A DNA stretch of 64,000 bases, taken from Pelagomonas calceolata (taxonomy: Eukaryota). The notes under the pieces are model-generated. The model worked only from the letters and a program-made list of their open reading frames with translations, ran no database searches and had not been told where the DNA came from. The translations under genes were made by a program, and so were the position numbers. The DNA lies in contig CAKKNE010000006.1 in assembly GCA_918797485.1 (NCBI GenBank), positions 186,001-250,000 on the forward strand. Reading direction: 5' to 3'. Of the stretch, positions 42,675-53,225 are shown piece after piece. How positions within the stretch are numbered: position 1 is the first letter of the stretch; the number at the start of each line of letters is the position of its first letter.

Positions 42675-43616
42675 ATGGCATCCTTCGATAAACCACCACA
42701 AACGACAGCGTCGGCCGTGGGCCTGCTGCGCACGCTCGCCCGCGACGAGCAGAAGAAGCTCGCCCAGCTCCGAGCGGCGGGCGGCGCCGCAGACGACATA
42801 GCCGCCGCAGAAACGCGCGTGCGCGACCTGACGGCCAAGCTCAGCGCGGCGGCGTCGGTCGGCGGCGGCGCGGCGGCGCGCGCCAGGCAGGTCGGGGGCG
42901 ACGGCACCGAGGTGCACGTCGGCGCCGCGATGACTGACGCGGAGCTGGCGGCCGCGCGGCGCGCGCGGCCGGACGAGGCGCCAACCGGCGCGTGCGCGGC
43001 CTGCGGGGCTCAGACTGCGCGCTCGGCCCGGACGGGCCGCATCTCGTCGTTCTTCTGCTCCGCTGCGTGCCAGAAGCGCGGCTGGCGCGCGCACCTCGAG
43101 CGCGCGCGGGCGGCGGACGCGGCGGAACGCGCGCGCCGGCGCCGCGACGTCAAGGACGCCGCGGCCGCGGCGCGCGAGGCCGAGGCAACGCGGCGGCGGG
43201 TGGAAAAAGACACCGCGTACGACATGGACTGCCTCGGCGTGATCCGCGGCGGATGCGCCGCGACGGACTGCCCCGCGTACGTGCAGAAGCGGGGCGCGCC
43301 GCGGTCCGTCAGACCGCGCGCGCGCGCGGACGGGAGCATCGAGGACGGCGTCTGGGCGTGGAACCGCGTCGACCACCTCGTGTGCGCGCGGTGCGGCGCC
43401 CCGGCGGGCGCGCACGCGGACGTCACGCAGGAGGTCGAGGCGCGGCACCGGGGACGCGTGGCGTCGAAGCCCGCGGCCTGGCCGCGGAGAAGCCTCGGCG
43501 CCGCCGCGGATGCGCCGGTCGGGCGCGCCGGTCGCGCGGTCCAGCGGGGCGCCGCCGCGTCGGACTCTTCTGGCTCGGAGTCGGACTCCGACGCGACGGT
43601 CGAGCTGGCGGGGTAG
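42675..43616 (+). CDS. MYND-like zinc finger protein with a second Cys cluster
   Basis: CAACG...FCSAACQKRGWRAH; C..TDCPAY...CARCG..AGAH. Confidence 0.65.
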   Translation: MASFDKPPQTTASAVGLLRTLARDEQKKLAQLRAAGGAADDIAAAETRVRDLTAKLSAAASVGGGAAARARQVGGDGTEVHVGAAMTDAELAAARRARPDEAPTGACAACGAQTARSARTGRISSFFCSAACQKRGWRAHLERARAADAAERARRRRDVKDAAAAAREAEATRRRVEKDTAYDMDCLGVIRGGCAATDCPAYVQKRGAPRSVRPRARADGSIEDGVWAWNRVDHLVCARCGAPAGAHADVTQEVEARHRGRVASKPAAWPRRSLGAAADAPVGRAGRAVQRGAAASDSSGSESDSDATVELAG

Positions 43617-43704
43617 GTCTCCGACGCGACGGTCGGGCTGGCGGGGGTGGTGAGTGATGTGTGATAAATATGGAGGTTTTATGTTCGGGGGCCCCGGGGG
43701 CCTA

Positions 43705-45702
43705 CTACTCGGCATCCCAATCGTCCTCGACGAAGTTGGCGTCGGGCTTGACGGCGCCGAAGCCACCAATCGGCCCGCTGGCGCGCGCGGGCGCCGGCTT
43801 CGCGGGCGACGCGTCCCAGTCGTCCTCGACGAAGTTCGCGTCGGGCTTGATCGCGTTCGCGAAGAGCGACTTGATCTCGTCGTTTGGCGCGGCAGCCTTC
43901 TCCTTCCTTGCTTTTTTCTCGGCTTTTCGCCGGCGCTTCTCCTCCTTGGCCTTCTTCTTCGCGGCCTTCTCGGCCTCGTCGCGGGCGCCCTGGACGGAGG
44001 CCTTGCGCGCGAGGCGCTCTCGCTCCTTGGCGAGCGTCGCGATGACGTCCTCGGTCGACTCCTCGTGGTCGTCCGCCGCCAGCGGCGTATCCGCCGGCGG
44101 CGGCGCCTCCTTCGGGGCCCGCTTGGACTTGGACTTGGACTTGGCCGGCCGCTCGCCGCGCGCGAGGCGCCGCGCGAGCGCCGACGGGGGCTTCTTCTTG
44201 GGCTTGTCGTCGTTCCAGTCGATGGCCAGCTCGTCGCCGCCGACGCCGCGCCGCGCGATGCGGACCGGGGTCTTGCTCTTCGTGGGAGCTGAGGGAGGCG
44301 CCTGTTGGACGGGCGCGGGCGCGGCCTCGGGCGTCGCGGCCTTTGTCTCGGGCGTCTTCGCCGGCGATGGGGCGGCCTTCGGCGACGGGGCGAAGCGCTT
44401 CGCCTCGAAGCGGTCGTCGGACTCGTCGAGGGCCGGCCGCACGATCTCGGTGCCCAGGTCGATCTCGTCGTCGAAGAGCGGGCTCGCGATGGGCGTCGTC
44501 GACTTGCGCTCCTTGCGCTGGCGCGGCGTCGGGTCGTCGTCGCGGTCCCGTCGGTCGCGGTCGTCGTCGCGGCGGCGGTCGCGGCGGTCGCGGTCGTCGG
44601 CGCGGTCATCGCGGCGGCGGTCGCGATCGCGTTCGCGGTCGCGGTCGTCGTCGCGGCGGTCTCGGCGGTCGCGCTCGTCCCGGCGGCGATCGTCCCGCTC
44701 GTCGTCGCGGCGGCGCTCACGGTCGTCGTCGCGGCGGCGGTCGTCGCGGTCGCGGCGCCTCGGCGGGCTGTCGAGCTCGTCTTGGTCGTCATCATGGCCT
44801 CGTTTGGGCGGCACGAAGTCGTACGCGTCGCGCTGCGGCCGCTCGCGCCGCGGCTTTTCGCGCTTGGGCGGTTCGCGGTCGTAGAGGATGTCGTCCATCT
44901 CGGCGTTCAGCGCGTCCAGGTCGTCGGCGTCGTCGTCGTACCGGTCGTGGCGCCCGCGGTTGGGCGACGCGGCGAGGCCGAGCTCGGGCGCGCGGCGGCG
45001 CTCGCGCTCGCGGCGCTCGCGGTCGCTGTAGCGCGTGCTGTCGAGGCTTTCGCCGTCGTGCCGCCGGTCGCTGTACCTCGTGCCGTCGAGGTCGTTGTCG
45101 TCGCGGCGTCGCTCGCGGCGCTCGCCGCGCCGCGGCTCTTCGTCTTGCTCGTCGCGGCGTTTCTCCCGGCGTTTCTCGCGGCTCTTGTGGCGCGGCTCGT
45201 CGAGGCTGTCCTGATGGTCGTCGCGACGTTTCTCGCGGCTCTTCGCACCATCATCAAAGTCGTAGAGGTCGTCGCCGTCGGCGTCCTCGTAGAGGGACCG
45301 GTACTCGTCCTCGGCGCCGCCGACCGGCTTCTCGCGCTGCGGCACGTTCAAAGGTTTCCCGCCCGACTTCCGCTCGTCATCAACCAAACGCTGGAGGCCC
45401 TCGACCCACGTCTTCTTCCCGGCCGCGTCGCTCGCGTGCAAGACGTAGCTCCGCGACGGGTGCTCGACCACGAAGAGCGCCGGCCCCGCGTCCCGCACGG
45501 CCTCGACGTCCCCCAAAAAGAGCCAGCCGCGCGGCTCCGCGTCGGCCTCGCGCCGGTAATAGCAGAGCGCCAGCCGCGGCTCGTCGCCCCGCTGCGGCGC
45601 GATCTCCTCGACCCGGAAGAAGCGCTTCTGCGTCCGCACGAGCAAACTCTGCTTCTTGCCCTCCTTCTTCAGGTAGCCACTGAGGTGCGTGGCGGGGGCC
45701 AT
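43705..45702 (-). CDS. PH-domain protein with RD-rich low-complexity region
   Basis: LSGYLKKEG..QKRFF..LCYY..PRGWLFL..F.VEHPSRSYVL.A.....WVEGL. Confidence 0.82.
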   Translation of the reverse strand: MAPATHLSGYLKKEGKKQSLLVRTQKRFFRVEEIAPQRGDEPRLALCYYRREADAEPRGWLFLGDVEAVRDAGPALFVVEHPSRSYVLHASDAAGKKTWVEGLQRLVDDERKSGGKPLNVPQREKPVGGAEDEYRSLYEDADGDDLYDFDDGAKSREKRRDDHQDSLDEPRHKSREKRREKRRDEQDEEPRRGERRERRRDDNDLDGTRYSDRRHDGESLDSTRYSDRERRERERRRAPELGLAASPNRGRHDRYDDDADDLDALNAEMDDILYDREPPKREKPRRERPQRDAYDFVPPKRGHDDDQDELDSPPRRRDRDDRRRDDDRERRRDDERDDRRRDERDRRDRRDDDRDRERDRDRRRDDRADDRDRRDRRRDDDRDRRDRDDDPTPRQRKERKSTTPIASPLFDDEIDLGTEIVRPALDESDDRFEAKRFAPSPKAAPSPAKTPETKAATPEAAPAPVQQAPPSAPTKSKTPVRIARRGVGGDELAIDWNDDKPKKKPPSALARRLARGERPAKSKSKSKRAPKEAPPPADTPLAADDHEESTEDVIATLAKERERLARKASVQGARDEAEKAAKKKAKEEKRRRKAEKKARKEKAAAPNDEIKSLFANAIKPDANFVEDDWDASPAKPAPARASGPIGGFGAVKPDANFVEDDWDAE

Positions 45703-46095
45703 TGTCACTGGGTGCTCTTGGCTGCCGCTGTCTGTCTGTGGGTGTGGGGGCTGCCCGTCGGCTGCTATGTGCGTGCTGCTGGATGTGGGCAGCGCGCGGA
45801 CTGTCGCGTCGCGCGCACGGCTGCCTGTGCACCTGTAATTGCGGCTCCACGGCGGTAAAAGCGCTCCACCTTCGCGGAGGCAATAACCGTTATGGTGGGG
45901 GGGTCGTGACATGCGAGCTCGTCCAGGGACGGCTCGTAGGGCTCTCGACCTGAGCCGTAAGTAAGGAGCGCTCAGACCGTCGCCGCGACGTCCGACCGGC
46001 GGCGCGCGCGGCGACTCGGAGAATCGCAAACCCAGATCCCATCGACCGGGCCGAGGAGGGACTAGTAAACGAAAGAAACGGTTACCACAAAACGC

Positions 46096-46704
46096 TCACG
46101 CGGCCTTCTTCTTGACCGGACTCAGGTAGAGGCTGAGCTTGCGCGCCTTGCTCTCGGCCATTTCCGAGCCGAGCGAGAAGGCGCGGCCCCAGTATTTTGC
46201 TTTTTTCCGCAGCCAGTCGAGGCCGACGAAGTAGAAGCCCAATGCCACAACCACGGCCGCACTACTACGCGTCGCGTAGTAGTACTCTTCAGCCATTTCC
46301 GTCGCGAACTCGACGACGGCGCGGTCCTCGACCCAGTTCAACACGAGATCGTCGACCGTCGTTAAAGCTCGGAACTCCCTCAAAGCGCCGGCAAGCGTCA
46401 CCCACGCGAAGATCGTATGGCATTGGGCAATGGACTCTAAAGCTTCCGTGAGCTCGGCGCGCGCGCATTGGGTGGTGGTGCGCTTCACGAGCCGCGAAAT
46501 GCGGCGCGCCGCGTCCAACAAGAAGACGCCGTAGGCGCAGCTGTCGAGGCACCCGGGCGCCTTCATCCGTAACGTTTCGACCACCGCCAGTGCGAAGAAG
46601 GCGTAGCCCGAGAACCGTAAGGCTGCGCGACAGAATAATAAAACCTCGGCATTCCTTCTTACATAGGCGTCGTCGTCGTCGGGCTCCGGGGTTTGTTGTC
46701 GCAT
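46096..46704 (-). CDS. Hypothetical multi-pass membrane protein
   Basis: ORF with several hydrophobic segments; ATG 46704. Confidence 0.5.
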   Translation of the reverse strand: MRQQTPEPDDDDAYVRRNAEVLLFCRAALRFSGYAFFALAVVETLRMKAPGCLDSCAYGVFLLDAARRISRLVKRTTTQCARAELTEALESIAQCHTIFAWVTLAGALREFRALTTVDDLVLNWVEDRAVVEFATEMAEEYYYATRSSAAVVVALGFYFVGLDWLRKKAKYWGRAFSLGSEMAESKARKLSLYLSPVKKKAA

Positions 46705-46995
46705 TGTCAGTTGCCCTGGCGCTGTTTGTTGCACGAACAGACAGCGCTTAATTCCTGGCGTTGAGTTGGGTATATATTCGATGAATAAGGCACAAATTCA
46801 GGAGTTGTGGTGGCTTTTTGTGCTGCGGATTCATCAACGGTAACATACTAGACTTTGCTGCGGTTTGTCGACGCGTTTTTTGTGGCTCGGGCCCTAGACG
46901 CTCGGGTTACGCTAGCATTGACGCATTAAGACGCGTATTTTGACGTGGGCAGCCAGTTCTACAAGCGCGCGGGCAGCCCGGTCCGCACGAGCACG

Positions 46996-47742
46996 ATGGG
47001 TGCCGGCGCCTCGGCACAGCCCGAGGCCGAGCAGGAGGAGCCCCAACAAAAAGCCCTGCCGACGCGGAGGGAAGCGTGCGACGCGAGCTTCGCGACGCTC
47101 CAGGGCATGGTTACACGTTCTGGTGTTGGCTTCGCGCGGGCTCGGGACGTGAATGACCGAAGCTTCGACCTCAAAAGTGGTGGAGTCTTGTGGTGCGACG
47201 GTCGGGGCATATATGTGGGCCGCCACCGCCACCAGCAAGCTGCCGCGGTGGCCTGGAGCGACAACATCACTTTCTCAACCAAAAAAGACGGCCTCATGAT
47301 TTTAGGAGATACGACGCAGTGGCGTATTGAGCTCAATGGCAAGAGCGAGGTCGCGGCCTGGCTCGCGTGTTATTTGCACGCCTTCGCTCCTATCACGGAG
47401 TACACGCAGACCGTCACGTTTACCGAGTGGGGTCAACTGGGCATCGCGTTCGGCGTCTTCATGAAACGCGTCATTCCCGTCGTCTTCTCGGTCGAAGGGG
47501 CTGCTCTATCGAATGACGTGCGGCCGGCGTCGGAGCTGGTGAGTGTGAATGGGAGGAAGGTGGAGGCGTTGGGCGACGACGACGATCTCTTGGAGTTCGT
47601 GTCGTCCGCCTCCTTCCCGAAGACGTGCGTGTTCCGGCGGCGAGCCTTATCGGGGTTCCACGCTCCACCTCCACGCGAGCCGGAGCCGGAGCCGTCCGAG
47701 CCGGAGTTGTTGCCGCCGGCGTCCGCGCCGCCGGAGCCCTAA
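46996..47742 (+). CDS. Putative N-myristoylated protein with PH-like and PDZ-like regions
   Basis: MGAGASA start; GQLGIAF..VRPASELVSVNG..V PDZ-like motif. Confidence 0.6.
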   Translation: MGAGASAQPEAEQEEPQQKALPTRREACDASFATLQGMVTRSGVGFARARDVNDRSFDLKSGGVLWCDGRGIYVGRHRHQQAAAVAWSDNITFSTKKDGLMILGDTTQWRIELNGKSEVAAWLACYLHAFAPITEYTQTVTFTEWGQLGIAFGVFMKRVIPVVFSVEGAALSNDVRPASELVSVNGRKVEALGDDDDLLEFVSSASFPKTCVFRRRALSGFHAPPPREPEPEPSEPELLPPASAPPEP

Positions 47743-48186
47743 GTTTTGGTCTGTGTGTAGTTTCAGCTCTAGCCCGGATAATTCTCCCAGACGAACGCGC
47801 GCAAGGGCACCTTTCGTCGGCGGAGCGCGGTTCGCTAGTGCCTCATTCCGCTAGCTCGCCCCTCCTCTCCTCCTCTCTCCTTTGACGACGTCGAGCTAGG
47901 GATCCCCGGCAACACGGCTCTCTCTTTTGGCCGGGGCGCAAGCGGGCATAAGCAGGAAGAATAGCCTTACAGCGGCTAGACGCTCGATCCTCGCTGGCGC
48001 GCATCAGCTGGCAAAGCCTCCACCCTTGTGGCGTAGTGATCACATCTGTGGGAGATGCTCTCATATATGAGCATGACTCAAAAGCGGCAGCTGGCGCTTT
48101 GCCTGCGCAACACAGTAGTAGGGATGACCCTGTCGTTCATCCTGTGGCAGGCCTGGGGCGCAGCGAACGACCTCGCATTGGAGTAA

Positions 48187-48897
48187 ATGCTGCCAGCGCT
48201 ATGCATCGCTCTCGCGACACGGCTCGCCACGGATGGCGTAGCAAAAGTCGACGGCGTCCTGCCCGCGGCGCTAGCCGCAGACGTGAGGGCTGTCGCGCTG
48301 GCATCGGCCGTGCCTGCTCAGCGCCAAGAGGTCCCGCTCTCGCTCAAAAACGATGCCGTGGCGAGCGCGGCAGCGGCCGTGGCGTTGTCTCCCGTCGGTG
48401 CCGCCCTGGAGGAATTGTGCGGCGGCGACGCGCCGCTCTTCGACCTGTGCGCCGTGATCAGTGCACCCGGTGCGGCGATTCAGCCGCTGCACTCCGACTT
48501 GGGCTTCGACGGCGCGGAAGCGGCGCCGCTCTACACGTGCTTCGTCGCTTTGCAGGAAACGCCATCGGCGCTTGGACCAACCGAGTTCTGTCTGGGCAGC
48601 CACACCGACGCCGCCGCGCACAACTCGCTTCGCGCGGGAGCTCTCTCACGGGAGGCGGTCCCCTTCCCTCTCGCCGTCGGCGCGGCGGTCCTCTTCGACC
48701 CGCGGATCGCGCACCGCGGCGGCCCGAACTCATCGAATCGTCGCCGTGCCTATCTGTCGATGACGTTCGCCAACCCGCGCGGCTCGGCCCCGGTGATCGT
48801 GCCGGCGCCCGGCGACGTGCTCGTGTCCGAGGGCGGGATTTCGGCCGACGACGGGGGCGTTTGGACGCTTCGCGAGCTCGGCGCGCTCCACCCCTGA
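48187..48897 (+). CDS. Phytanoyl-CoA dioxygenase (PhyH)-like 2OG-Fe(II) oxygenase
   Basis: QPLHSD, FVALQ, GPTEFCLGSH, HRGGPNSS..R..L..TF. Confidence 0.85.
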   Translation: MLPALCIALATRLATDGVAKVDGVLPAALAADVRAVALASAVPAQRQEVPLSLKNDAVASAAAAVALSPVGAALEELCGGDAPLFDLCAVISAPGAAIQPLHSDLGFDGAEAAPLYTCFVALQETPSALGPTEFCLGSHTDAAAHNSLRAGALSREAVPFPLAVGAAVLFDPRIAHRGGPNSSNRRRAYLSMTFANPRGSAPVIVPAPGDVLVSEGGISADDGGVWTLRELGALHP

Positions 48898-48954
48898 GAC
48901 AGTTGTGTGTGCCCCTACTAGTAAGTGTTCCAAGAACTACAAGTTAGAGGCGCG

Positions 48955-50991
48955 TCAGTCCACCTTCCCCGCGTCGCCGCGCGCCGCCGGCACGAGGAGC
49001 GCCTTGAGGTGCTTCCTTACCGAAGACGCGGCCCGCGTCCGCGCCGCCTCGAGCCGCTCCGCCCGCTTCTTCAATTTCTCGCCCTCCTCGACGTCGTCGG
49101 GCGGCTCCACGGTCTCCTCGGGCGCCACCTCGTCCTCGGCGACGCCGAGCGCCGCCCGCAACGCCAGTAATCGCTCGCGCGCGAAGGCTGCGTCGCTGTC
49201 GTCGACGGAGTCCAAAAAACGCCGCGCCGCGTCGGGCGTCGTCGCGACCTGGCCCAGGGCCTCGGCCAGGCGCGCCAACCGGACGGTCGTCACCTTTGGT
49301 GACGACCCGCCGAGGCCGCTCAGCGCGCGTCGCAAGCAGTCCGACGTCCGCAGATCCTCGGTCTTCAACTGAAATCGACACACCGCGAGCCGCAGCCCCC
49401 ATACGCAGGCCTCGTCGGGGCATCTTCCAGCAAACGCGTCCGACACGGCGACGTCAAACAACGAGGCCGCGCGGAACAGGAATGCCCCGCACCGCGCCGG
49501 GTCCTGGGCCATGAGCGCCTGCAGCGCTCGATGGAGCCGCTTCTCGCCCTGCTCGCAGGCGTGGTCCTCATCTAACCTTTTTGCGATGGCACAGAGAGCC
49601 GCCAGCAACCCACAATCAACCAAATCGCGGGAAGGCTGTTGTTTAGGATCCACTTTCGTCGTCAACGCAGACGCGTCGTCCCGCCGTCGATCCGTGTAGA
49701 TGCCCGAGGCCCGTTCCACAATCGCGAGGCAAGCTCCCAATAACATTGGCACGTCACCTTTACCACCGTGACCCAAAGCCCTTGCCAAGTCCGCTAGAGC
49801 GGGTAACGCTAAACGCGCTTCCTTCCGCAGGATTTGCGTGCAGCCCACGTCCCTCAAGTTAACGTCGCCGCACAGGGACGCTAGCGCAACTAACGCTACT
49901 CCGCCGTCGTTCGCCGAGGCCTTTCCAGTAGTGTCGCTGAAGGCTAATTCTCGGAGTCCCGTCGCTATACATGGTCTCAAAGATACATGGTGCTGGAAGG
50001 CGTCCCGCAATAAGAAAGCATACCTTGGGCCCGCCGCCCGCAACGCGTCAAAAATTTCATCTTCCCGCGGCTTGAGGAGCCACGAACTTTCAGAAGAAGA
50101 TCGCAAGAGACGCGCTATTTTAAGACAATCCGTCACATCCGCCTCGGTCCACGTCGCGCCCCCGCACAAGCCATACGACGAGAGCGACGCGCACAAGATG
50201 ACAAACCTAGCTGCATCCACGGCGTCGTTCGGCGGCGGCGCCGCCCAGACATTGTCCGACGTCGTGTGCTCGATCGTCTCGGCGTCGCTGTCGGAGTCGA
50301 GGTGGTCCCACTTCGAGTAGTCGAAAGCTGTGGTCTTCTTCTTCGGCGAGGGCTTGGGCTTGTCTTGCACTCTAGACGCGTACTTGCAGACGCGGGCCCT
50401 ATTCCCTTCCAGCAAATAGCGCACGCCCGTCACCGCGATCGACAGCGCGAGGTCCGCCTCTTCACTTCCAGCGGAAGCCTTCTCGCAGATCGATTGGATG
50501 CCCTCGACGGCTCGAGCTGCGATTCTCAGGTTGCAATCCGCGGGTTTCCGCAGCGCCTTCGCTAAAGCGGCACATTGGTCCGCCCTTACATCAGGATAGT
50601 CGTAACACAACGACTTGAGGACGTCTGATGGTGAGGGACCGACTTGCGTGATGGGCGGCTTCTCGGGCGGCGGCGGCGGCGGCGGCACGTCGGCGGCGTT
50701 GACGGCAAACTCTTCGGTAGGGGCATCGACGGACTCGGCGCGCCTCCTAGCTTCCGTCGCTCTGGTATGGTTCGTGACGTCGCTCCGTCGAGAAAGCGCC
50801 TCGACGCAGGCCTTGACGAAGGCGTCGCGTTCCGCCTTCTCTTCCGGCGTCTGGGCCGCCGTGTTCGGCCGATCCGCGGCGACGCAGGCGAGGCAGCGCC
50901 GTTCGTTTTCTTCCTTTTGCCACTGCTCCTTCGCGTAGCCCTCCCTCGTCAATTTGTCCTTGCAGGCGCCGCATTTCTTCTTTTCCGGCAT
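48955..50991 (-). CDS. Hypothetical protein with N-terminal Zn-binding (Stc1-like) motif and DYSKWD motif
   Basis: CGAC...Y.KEQW......RCLAC; FDYSKWDHLD; helical C-terminal region. Confidence 0.6.
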   Translation of the reverse strand: MPEKKKCGACKDKLTREGYAKEQWQKEENERRCLACVAADRPNTAAQTPEEKAERDAFVKACVEALSRRSDVTNHTRATEARRRAESVDAPTEEFAVNAADVPPPPPPPEKPPITQVGPSPSDVLKSLCYDYPDVRADQCAALAKALRKPADCNLRIAARAVEGIQSICEKASAGSEEADLALSIAVTGVRYLLEGNRARVCKYASRVQDKPKPSPKKKTTAFDYSKWDHLDSDSDAETIEHTTSDNVWAAPPPNDAVDAARFVILCASLSSYGLCGGATWTEADVTDCLKIARLLRSSSESSWLLKPREDEIFDALRAAGPRYAFLLRDAFQHHVSLRPCIATGLRELAFSDTTGKASANDGGVALVALASLCGDVNLRDVGCTQILRKEARLALPALADLARALGHGGKGDVPMLLGACLAIVERASGIYTDRRRDDASALTTKVDPKQQPSRDLVDCGLLAALCAIAKRLDEDHACEQGEKRLHRALQALMAQDPARCGAFLFRAASLFDVAVSDAFAGRCPDEACVWGLRLAVCRFQLKTEDLRTSDCLRRALSGLGGSSPKVTTVRLARLAEALGQVATTPDAARRFLDSVDDSDAAFARERLLALRAALGVAEDEVAPEETVEPPDDVEEGEKLKKRAERLEAARTRAASSVRKHLKALLVPAARGDAGKVD

Positions 50992-51456
50992 CGCTGCGGC
51001 GGCGTCGGTCGCCGAGGCTGCTGCCTGTTTTTGACCCCAGCTGCTAGATAGCTGCTTGCGCTTGCTCAGCTGCTTGCGCCAGCCACTCAGCGTTGTTGGC
51101 AGGCCTTAAACTGCGATTGCTGATGCAAATCGCTCTATGCTGGCACCGCTTGGACGCGATTATAAGCCGTCCTCTCCGGCTTAGGCGCGGCCTGCCGAAG
51201 CGGCGCAGAGGGCCAAGGAATCTCTCAACGCACTGCAATAGATCCCTGAAGACAAGTAGCGCCCTTCTTTTCTCTTTTTCTCGCCTCAGCTGGTTTGCAC
51301 GGGTTTCCGCGGCTGTGTTTACGACGTTTTGCCCAAAAAGCGTCCAAATTGCAGCTGTGCGCTGCAGCAGCTTCTCTGATCTATCGTACTCTAGCACCTG
51401 CACAGCGCTGCGTCGCTCGAAAGGCATCCGTATGGCACCAAGCTCCTAATAGCATC

Positions 51457-53133
51457 ATGGCCGAGGAGCTAGCGTCGATAATAGCGCTGTGCTACGCACC
51501 AACACCGCAAAAAACAACACCGCAAAACGCCGTCGAGGCGACGGCCGCCGTCTCGCTGCGCGCCAAGGCCGCCGTGCCGCAGCATAGCCTAGCCTACGAC
51601 GTCGCGAGTCCCGTGGACGCGCAGCTCTGGCAAAAGCTGCCTACGAAAATCAAGGGCCGACCCGCTGATTTAGCTTTGAGATTTGCCCACGTGCGCATGA
51701 GCGTTGTCCGGAGGTGCGCGGACCGGGCCGTACTTGAGTTAAGACAAGGTGATTCCAGAGTGCGCGTCGTGTCGCTCGGAGCGGGTTTGGATGGAGAGTG
51801 TTTGAGACTGGCCACGAAATTCGAGTGGGTGGACTGCGTCGAGCTTGACCTCGAAGCTGTCGCGGCGCAGAAGCGTGAGTTAGTAAGCCACGCAGTTCTG
51901 AGTGTCGACGACGACCTCGCGAAGCTCGAAGAGTTGTTAGGCGACACGGGACCGACGTTAATCCTGGCGGAGGTGTCGCTCTGCTACGCATCACCAGAAG
52001 CTGCACGGAGAGCCCGGCGCTGGGCCGCGTCTCTGAAGCGAGCGTGTTACCTCGAACTCACGCCCACATCAAACGCGGACTCGCGCTTCGGTCTCGCGTT
52101 GCAAAGCGGCTTCGGCACGCTTTTACGGTGTGCGCCGCGCGACGCCGACGACCTGGCGACGACGCTGCGTTCATCAGGCTTCGCGCACTCTAGTATCTTA
52201 GATCTCGACGCCGCGCGGCGCCGCCTCGGCGTCTTACAAACAGGCGCCGACGAGGCGGCTCTGACACTAGCCTTGAGGCGCTACGTGATGGTCGTCGCGA
52301 GCGCCGACGCGTCGTTAGCGCGCGGTATCATGCAGCGGCCCGAGGTTGTTGTGAGAAAGATGGAGGCCGCCGACTCAACTCATGCCAAGGATGCGTATAT
52401 AGCGGCCATGGGTTGTGATGGAGCGATCCGGAAACATGCAAAGAAACAGTGTGTTGTATTAGATACCCTGCCTGCCTTCGTCGCGACGCTCAATGCTAGC
52501 ATTGTTGGCGCCGTCGCGCTTGACGATCAAGGCGAGGTGCGCTGTTTAGGTGTCGTGCCTTCTTTGAGGAGGCTTGGGGCCGCTTCTCAATTGATGATGA
52601 GTATTGAAGCCGCGGCTTTCCGGCGCGGTTTCGAGGCGTGTACGCTGCGCGTGCCGCCGTCCCAACAGGCCGCCGTCGCGTTATATGCCAAGCGCGGCTA
52701 TTCTACTAGAGAGGACCCGCGGCCGACGGGCGCGTACCCTACAATCTATCTAGAGAAGGATTTGAGTGTCGAGGCGACGCTCGTCGCGACACCTTTGATA
52801 GCTCAGGACGCGTCGAAGCCCAAGGTGCTTCTCGAAAAGGACGAGGCGCGCTTCGCGCTGCCTGATTCTCTATTCCCGACGATGGGCCTCGTCGTCTCTA
52901 TAAATGGCGAGCGCTTCGTGTGCCGGCGCGACCCGGACCCTCCATCAATGCCGACGCTATCACAGGGAACGCGCGTTTCTTTGGATATCAAGTGGGGCGC
53001 GGCGCCCGCGTGGGCGTGGCCGCGGCGCGTCCGGTCGTACGCGCCCGTTGCTGGTAGCGTCTTGACCTGCGACAACGGCCACTCGACGGTCGACGGGCCG
53101 TGCGCGTGCAACGCGGAGTGTTGTTTGTCTTAA
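51457..53133 (+). CDS. Leucine carboxyl methyltransferase-like + GNAT acetyltransferase fusion
   Basis: VVSLGAGLD, VELDL, PTLILAEVSLCY; LGVVPSLRRLGAAS..AVALYAKRGY. Confidence 0.75.
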   Translation: MAEELASIIALCYAPTPQKTTPQNAVEATAAVSLRAKAAVPQHSLAYDVASPVDAQLWQKLPTKIKGRPADLALRFAHVRMSVVRRCADRAVLELRQGDSRVRVVSLGAGLDGECLRLATKFEWVDCVELDLEAVAAQKRELVSHAVLSVDDDLAKLEELLGDTGPTLILAEVSLCYASPEAARRARRWAASLKRACYLELTPTSNADSRFGLALQSGFGTLLRCAPRDADDLATTLRSSGFAHSSILDLDAARRRLGVLQTGADEAALTLALRRYVMVVASADASLARGIMQRPEVVVRKMEAADSTHAKDAYIAAMGCDGAIRKHAKKQCVVLDTLPAFVATLNASIVGAVALDDQGEVRCLGVVPSLRRLGAASQLMMSIEAAAFRRGFEACTLRVPPSQQAAVALYAKRGYSTREDPRPTGAYPTIYLEKDLSVEATLVATPLIAQDASKPKVLLEKDEARFALPDSLFPTMGLVVSINGERFVCRRDPDPPSMPTLSQGTRVSLDIKWGAAPAWAWPRRVRSYAPVAGSVLTCDNGHSTVDGPCACNAECCLS

Positions 53134-53225
53134 TGCTTGTCGTTTTTTGTGGTACTACTAGCTTACTATTTTACAACAGGACTACACCTGGGCCGCCCGA
53201 CACCGGGCGGGGATGAATTGTCCGG

